Sequence record: OQ417974.1
Length of the DNA: 49,665 nucleotides
Reading direction: 5' to 3' (one strand)
Source of the DNA: Mycobacterium phage prophiCCUG48898T-1
Below the pieces are notes generated by a model. That model worked only from the letters and a program-made list of their open reading frames with translations, was not told the origin of the DNA and searched no databases. Every line of letters starts with the position of its first letter. Positions within the stretch are counted from its first letter, which is position 1. Below are positions 45,417-49,665 of this stretch, piece after piece. The position numbers and the translations under genes are program-made.

Positions 45417-45917
45417 CTACCCGGCGTCGGCGAATTCGGGTTGCTCGCGCAAGTGCCAGCCCGGCGCAACGTCCAGGTGGTTGTAGTAGTGCTGGAACAG
45501 CTCGATAGCTTCAGCGGCGGATAGGACCTCTGACGGTCGTACCAGGTACTCACTGTCGCCGTTGTAGACCGTCTCTGACTGCTCGGATTCATTTGCCGCA
45601 GAAGGCCGTCCGATGGTGTACATACGCCGAACGCCATCGGACTCTTTCCGGCGGATTTCGACGGTCAGGCGCTCGGCGGTGGCCCCGCAAGTCTGAATCC
45701 ACTCATGAGGGTATGGGAACTCGTCGTACTCAGTGCCATCGGGGACCTTATAGATCGAGAACGCCACGTCTGCGACACCATCCCGATCTTCGCCGATCGA
45801 GTTGATATTTATTTCGATCTGCCGGTGCGCCTTCCCTGGCTCAGCGCCCATCCACATAATGAAATCTTTGTCGGTAGTGTATGTATGCATCTGAAAACCA
45901 TTGCGCTCAAGACTCAT
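45417..45917 (-). CDS. Candidate immunity protein for the upstream toxin
   Basis: Its ATG overlaps the toxin stop (ATGA). 166-aa cytoplasmic acidic protein. Confidence 0.5.
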   Translation of the reverse strand: MSLERNGFQMHTYTTDKDFIMWMGAEPGKAHRQIEININSIGEDRDGVADVAFSIYKVPDGTEYDEFPYPHEWIQTCGATAERLTVEIRRKESDGVRRMYTIGRPSAANESEQSETVYNGDSEYLVRPSEVLSAAEAIELFQHYYNHLDVAPGWHLREQPEFADAG

Positions 45918-47566
45918 TCGCCCGCCACCTTAATTACCTCTACCTCAGTGACTTTCACCGTCTCGACTTCCCCGCTCCTGTTTGTGATCGTAACGTAGGC
46001 CGGATTCTCTGGAGTTACGGCCGAGTCGAACGCTCGCTGCTCTGCATTGCGTGTGGCATCACCGGATTTGACCTCAATACCTTTGTAAGTGCCGTCTGAC
46101 TTCTGCGCCAAACCATCGTAGTAGCGGCCATTCTCGACCCCATCGACCTTGGCCTTACGACGCTCAGTGCTCACCCATTCGTCCGGGTTAGCGCGCCGAT
46201 AACGATCGATACCCTCTGCCTCTGGTTGGCGACCGTATCCTCGGGCTGTGCCGCCTCGGCCTGTGAATGTGCCGATGGAATCGCGGTCGTCGCCACGGTT
46301 GATGCCCTCGCCGGGTCGTCCAGTCCGGGCCTCCATCACCGTCACGCCGTTGACCGCAGCCTCTTTCGAGAGGTCGAGGGCTGGCGGTATGGCGACGACC
46401 GCGCCACCAGCGAGTAAGCCCGCCCCGGCAACAGCGACAGGCGCCGCGACCGGTGTCGCGGCCCCACCGGTGAAGACCTCACCGACGCCCGCCGCAGCCA
46501 TCATGTCGTAGCCGACCGCCATCATGCCGACTCCAGCTGCCATCTGGATTGTCTGGCCGGGGTTGTCGATCATGGCCTGCCCCAAGGATGCAGTGGCGTT
46601 CACTACCGGGGCCACGGTGTTGTATATCTCGTTTCCGAAAAGCTCAACCTGCATCTGTACCAACGACTTTAGGGTGTCGATGACCATCGATGCGCCCTGG
46701 ATGATCGGCGCCAGCAGCAGCGCGAGCGACTGCACTTCCGACTTGAACTGGTTGACGATGTTGCGGATGTCGGCGGCGATTTTCTTTATTTCGTCGTCGT
46801 CTTCGCCGGTAATCCAGTCCACGACCTGTTTGGCACCGGTCAGCGGATTTACCAAGCGGGCCAACAGGTCCAGTATCGATGCGTGCGCCGTATCGATCTT
46901 GGCCGCGTAGTCGTTGAGCTTGGTGCCCATGGTGCTGCACATGCCGCCGACCTCGCCGACAGCACCGTCAATCGTCTTGAACGCGCTATCGATCTTGGGA
47001 CCTTCGGGGATCTGCTGGGCCTGCGCGGTTGCCTGCGCCCCCGCTAGTCCGGCCTGCTGAGCGGTGAATGCCGCACCGGCAGCCGTCCACGCGGCGCCAG
47101 CGGCGCGCAGCTTCGCCGAATCACCATTGGGCCAAATCATTCCGATGAACGGCTCCACCAGGAACCAACCGGGTGGGTCGCCAACATCGCTACCCACCGC
47201 AGACGGTGGGGTCCCGGCCTTCACCGCGGGAGTGGGTGAGGCGGCGGGCAGTGGGTCGCCGCCCTTGCCGTCGATGTTGGATGCCACCTCGGCACGCGAA
47301 TAGTTGGTCGCCGAGGCCCGGATGCCGTCAGCGGCCCGCCCGGCACCGTTGGACACGTCCACCATCGCCTCAAGGAGTTCCTTGGCTGACGAGTCATACG
47401 ATCGCGCGAACACGATCCCGGCGGGGTCATCCCCACCCATACCGGCCGAACTCGACAGCGCCGACTGCAATGCCGACAGCGCAGAGCCCCACCCGCCCAC
47501 CGAGCTGGAGACCGTTCTACCGGCGCCATCGAGGGCAACCGGGTCGACATGAATCGGGGGTGCCAT
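45914..47566 (-). CDS. Polymorphic toxin. N-terminal WXG100-like ESX/T7SS secretion domain (GGWGS and YSRAE), Gly/Ala-rich hydrophobic linker, C-terminal PD-(D/E)xK-like domain. Start ATG 47566; the track extension to 47725 is spurious.
   Basis: N-terminal DGAGRTVSSSVGGWGSALSALQ...SATNYSRAEVAS matches WxG and YxxxE. C-terminal YYDGL...GIEVKSGD...RNAEQRAFD matches D...ExK...Q. It sits directly downstream of an Esx-like pair. Confidence 0.65.
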   Translation of the reverse strand: MAPPIHVDPVALDGAGRTVSSSVGGWGSALSALQSALSSSAGMGGDDPAGIVFARSYDSSAKELLEAMVDVSNGAGRAADGIRASATNYSRAEVASNIDGKGGDPLPAASPTPAVKAGTPPSAVGSDVGDPPGWFLVEPFIGMIWPNGDSAKLRAAGAAWTAAGAAFTAQQAGLAGAQATAQAQQIPEGPKIDSAFKTIDGAVGEVGGMCSTMGTKLNDYAAKIDTAHASILDLLARLVNPLTGAKQVVDWITGEDDDEIKKIAADIRNIVNQFKSEVQSLALLLAPIIQGASMVIDTLKSLVQMQVELFGNEIYNTVAPVVNATASLGQAMIDNPGQTIQMAAGVGMMAVGYDMMAAAGVGEVFTGGAATPVAAPVAVAGAGLLAGGAVVAIPPALDLSKEAAVNGVTVMEARTGRPGEGINRGDDRDSIGTFTGRGGTARGYGRQPEAEGIDRYRRANPDEWVSTERRKAKVDGVENGRYYDGLAQKSDGTYKGIEVKSGDATRNAEQRAFDSAVTPENPAYVTITNRSGEVETVKVTEVEVIKVAGE

Positions 47567-47570
47567 CGCG

Positions 47571-47861
47571 CTATGCCCAGTTCTGCATGTTCTTGGCAGC
47601 GGCGCCTGTGTAATTGCCGTGCGCGGCGTGGCTCGCGCTACGTAGGCCCTTGAGCGCTTCGCGCATCTGCTCGGCGCCCTTGGCCCACTTCTCGTGCGCC
47701 TGCGTGTGGGCCGTGGCAGCTTCACCTGTGAAGGTGGCGTGCAGGTTGTGAACCTCGGTGTCCATGGCCGCTATCGACGCCTCGGCTCGCTGCTCAACCT
47801 CTGCCATGCGTTCGATGATCCGCATGAGCTCGTCGGGCACAACGCCGAATTCACCTGACAT
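47571..47861 (-). CDS. Esx-like small helical protein (WXG100-family partner, EsxB-like)
   Basis: 96 aa, MSGEFGVVPDELMRIIERMAEVEQRAEASIAAMDTEVHNLHATFTGEAATAHTQAHEKWAKGAEQM. Its stop lies 4 nt upstream of the toxin start. Confidence 0.55.
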   Translation of the reverse strand: MSGEFGVVPDELMRIIERMAEVEQRAEASIAAMDTEVHNLHATFTGEAATAHTQAHEKWAKGAEQMREALKGLRSASHAAHGNYTGAAAKNMQNWA

Positions 47862-47870
47862 CTTCTCCCC

Positions 47871-48182
47871 CTACATTCCGTCAGCGGCGTTGACGTTGGC
47901 GGCGGTGGCCGCATCCTGGCCCACGAACGCATCCCCGGTGCTCGCCAACAAGCTGCCCATCTGCGCAAGGCCCTGGTGTACCAGCTTGGCGCCCTCGTAC
48001 CACTGGAACCACCGCGTGGTGAACGCGCTCGCCGACCCACCAGACCAACCGGAGCCGACAAACCGCGACACCTCGGCGTCGAGGGCATCCAGCTCCGTCG
48101 CCAAACCGCCTGCGGTCGCGGTGACCAATCGCGAAACCCGCTGCAACTCTTCTGGCGAAACCCCGAGGACCCCTCCACTCAT
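47871..48182 (-). CDS. WXG100 protein (EsxA/ESAT-6-like); start ATG 48182
   Basis: MSGGVLGVSPEELQRVSRLV...FVGSGWSGGSASAFTTRWFQW; W-S-G in the central turn; about 100 aa. Confidence 0.65.
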   Translation of the reverse strand: MSGGVLGVSPEELQRVSRLVTATAGGLATELDALDAEVSRFVGSGWSGGSASAFTTRWFQWYEGAKLVHQGLAQMGSLLASTGDAFVGQDAATAANVNAADGM

Positions 48183-48279
48183 TGCCGGATGGTATCGCCG
48201 CCGAGTTTGCCACCGCAATAGGAGTGCGAAGCGATACCCATCCGACCTGCACGTTTCGGCGGCATGCGCAGGGTTATTG

Positions 48280-48636
48280 CTATTCCGTCGCGATTCCAGA
48301 CTGGTCGGGCACCGCTCTCAGTCCACGGCGCGGTGACCGAGCTTGTAAGTCTCGGACCGCTGCCGCGAAGCTATCGGCCATCCGGCGCACGTAGTCCTCA
48401 TCGACGTAGGCCTTGGCCGACTGCCGGCTGATGCCCATCAGCTCGGCGGTCAGGTCGACTTTCGCCGAAATACGCTCTCGCGCCATGGCCTCGGTCATGT
48501 TCAGGGCGTGCTGCTCAGCGAGATAGCGCACGAGCAACTGGGCGCGTTCATTCATCCAGGGGGACCGGCGAGCGGGCATTCGGAGACCATATGGGCATCC
48601 CCTCGTGCCCGCTGGCCGACCTCCTAGATGTGACAC
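48280..48636 (-). CDS. Small HTH-like protein immediately downstream of int (alternative start ATG 48556)
   Basis: MNERAQLLVRYLAEQHALNMTEAMARERISAKVDLTAELMGISRQSAKAYV is a putative HTH. Confidence 0.4.
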   Translation of the reverse strand: MSHLGGRPAGTRGCPYGLRMPARRSPWMNERAQLLVRYLAEQHALNMTEAMARERISAKVDLTAELMGISRQSAKAYVDEDYVRRMADSFAAAVRDLQARSPRRGLRAVPDQSGIATE

Positions 48637-49527
48637 CTACTTGTGACTGCGCTGTTCCATTCTCGATGCCGACGACCGCGAGGGGCACAAGTGCGACGCG
48701 AGCGAGTCGACGGACGCCGCTCCACGTCGGGTCGAGTAAGCGAGGTACCGCATGGTGGTCGCCAGGCTCTCGTGCCCCATCAATTCCTGGATATCGCGGA
48801 GGTCCGCGCCTTCGTCGGCGAGCACGGTCGCGAACCTGTGTCGCAGGGTGTGCAGCGTGTACGGGAGCCCGAGATTGGTTAGGAATTCCGCACCCACGAC
48901 CGAGACGTAGTTGGGTGTGACTGGCCCGCCGCGGGGACGGCAGAACATGGTGCCGGGTCGGCTCAGCTGAATTGCCAGACGTTGCATGACCTCGGGGGCA
49001 ACTCGGACGATGCGTTGCTTCCCTCCCTTACCGTGCACGGTCAGGAAGGCGCCGCCGCCTTCATCGGGGCGAAAGTCGTTGCGTGACATCTGCGCGATCT
49101 CCCCAGCGCGCAGACCGCAGTATCCGGCCAATAGCAGCCATGCATGGATGTCAGTCCCGACAGGCGCGCCGGTCAGCGCGATCCGCAAGTGGTCCTCGGG
49201 GATGGGCCGGGCCATACGGCGCTGAATCTTCGGTTGCACCAAGTCTTTTGCGACGTATTCGCTCGTGCGCCCACATCGGTAGGCCCACTGATAGAAGGTG
49301 CAAACATGCGACGTGTAGGTCTGGATGCTAGACGGGCACACCCGCAACGAACCCTGCCAGGCCTCAAGCTGCTCCGGGGTGGCCTCCAGCAAAGATGTTT
49401 CCCCAAGCCATCTAGCTAATCTAGCAATCTGCCCCAAGCGGTGCTCGATCGTTTTAGCTGTGAAGTTCTTCAGCTTCAGATAACGAGCAAACTCTGAGAC
49501 GACAGTGTCATTATTCACAGGTGACAT
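48637..49527 (-). CDS. int: Tyrosine integrase (site-specific recombinase, XerC/D-like catalytic domain)
   Basis: YCGLRAGEI (Arg I), LHTLRHRFAT (HxxR) and LMGHESLATTMRY (His and Tyr nucleophile). Adjacent to the att repeat. Confidence 0.85.
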   Translation of the reverse strand: MSPVNNDTVVSEFARYLKLKNFTAKTIEHRLGQIARLARWLGETSLLEATPEQLEAWQGSLRVCPSSIQTYTSHVCTFYQWAYRCGRTSEYVAKDLVQPKIQRRMARPIPEDHLRIALTGAPVGTDIHAWLLLAGYCGLRAGEIAQMSRNDFRPDEGGGAFLTVHGKGGKQRIVRVAPEVMQRLAIQLSRPGTMFCRPRGGPVTPNYVSVVGAEFLTNLGLPYTLHTLRHRFATVLADEGADLRDIQELMGHESLATTMRYLAYSTRRGAASVDSLASHLCPSRSSASRMEQRSHK

Positions 49528-49647
49528 AAGTACAGCCCGTCCTTTTGCTAGGAAACCGAACGGGTGGACTTGTTGCAGGTCAGTTGCTTCCCCGAGCGGA
49601 AACCGTGACCTGAGCTGGCGCGCCGGAACGCGGACTTATACGGTTCA

Positions 49648-49665
49648 TACTCGTGAGTAAGAACT
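49648..49665. repeat. Right copy of 18-bp direct repeat (candidate attR core); about 120 bp upstream of the integrase start codon
   Basis: Exact match to 1-18. The repeat may be longer, but the window ends here. Confidence 0.75.

Larger units (their letters stand above)
1..49665. mobile_element. Complete temperate siphovirus-like (actinobacteriophage-type) prophage, bounded by 18-bp direct repeats
   Basis: Identical 18 bp at both window ends. Contents in order: lysogeny switch, early recombination/replication genes, accessory block, a complete terminase-to-lysis late operon, toxin-immunity cassette, integrase. High GC with overlapping ATGA/GTGA junctions, as in actinobacteriophages. Confidence 0.8.

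Noticed and set aside
47567-47725. Upstream extension of the toxin ORF (MKLPRPTRRRTRSG...)
   Set aside because: It overlaps the EsxB-like gene in another frame. The ATG at 47566 lies 4 nt after that gene's stop, and the mature N-terminus then begins close to the WxG domain.
1-49665. CRISPR arrays or IS elements
   Set aside because: There are no regularly spaced direct repeats with unique spacers. No transposase-like ORFs or terminal inverted repeats were seen.

Overview
This window is a complete temperate siphovirus-type prophage, about 49.6 kb and about 65% GC, of the actinobacteriophage / Mycobacterium-prophage kind. The same 18-bp sequence, TACTCGTGAGTAAGAACT, sits at both window ends (1-18 and 49648-49665). 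I read these as the attL/attR core, or the overlap of one circular genome. Gene layout runs in four blocks. (i) Lysogeny switch at the left end: a leftward XRE-HTH repressor (290 to the window edge, no stop before the edge), then a rightward cro-like gene and a Bro-N/KilAC antirepressor. (ii) A rightward early operon (1.4-12.5 kb): a RecB-family nuclease with a RecT-like annealase, a DnaQ-like exonuclease, an orphan N6A/N4C DNA methyltransferase, small zinc-ribbon proteins, an HNH endonuclease and a replication-initiator-like gene that carries internal iterons. (iii) A central accessory block: a lower-GC six-TM membrane protein (rightward), followed by a leftward cluster encoding a protein of four Myb-like HTH repeats, a lipoprotein, a small TM protein and a Q/P-rich secreted protein. 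(iv) A rightward late operon (19.7-44.8 kb): HNH, P-loop protein, TerS, TerL, portal, ClpP-like protease/scaffold, capsid, connectors, major tail protein, a tail-chaperone pair joined by a frameshift, a 1208-aa tape measure, five minor tail proteins (two glycine-rich), an M15 LysA, an esterase LysB and holin-like genes. The right end is a leftward operon: tyrosine integrase, a small HTH protein, a WXG100 (Esx-like) pair, a 550-aa polymorphic toxin with an N-terminal WxG/YxxxE signal and a C-terminal PD-(D/E)xK-like domain, an overlapping immunity candidate and a membrane protein. The most notable points are these: the att core lies inside the repressor ORF, with int downstream in the same orientation, the layout of integration-dependent immunity. 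There is an ESX-type toxin-immunity cassette between the lysis genes and int. An origin-like iteron array sits inside the initiator gene. The tail-chaperone shift is +1 rather than the usual -1. The central moron cluster is of unknown function. I found no tRNA, rRNA or CRISPR array by eye. All protein-family calls come from motif reading, not database searches.
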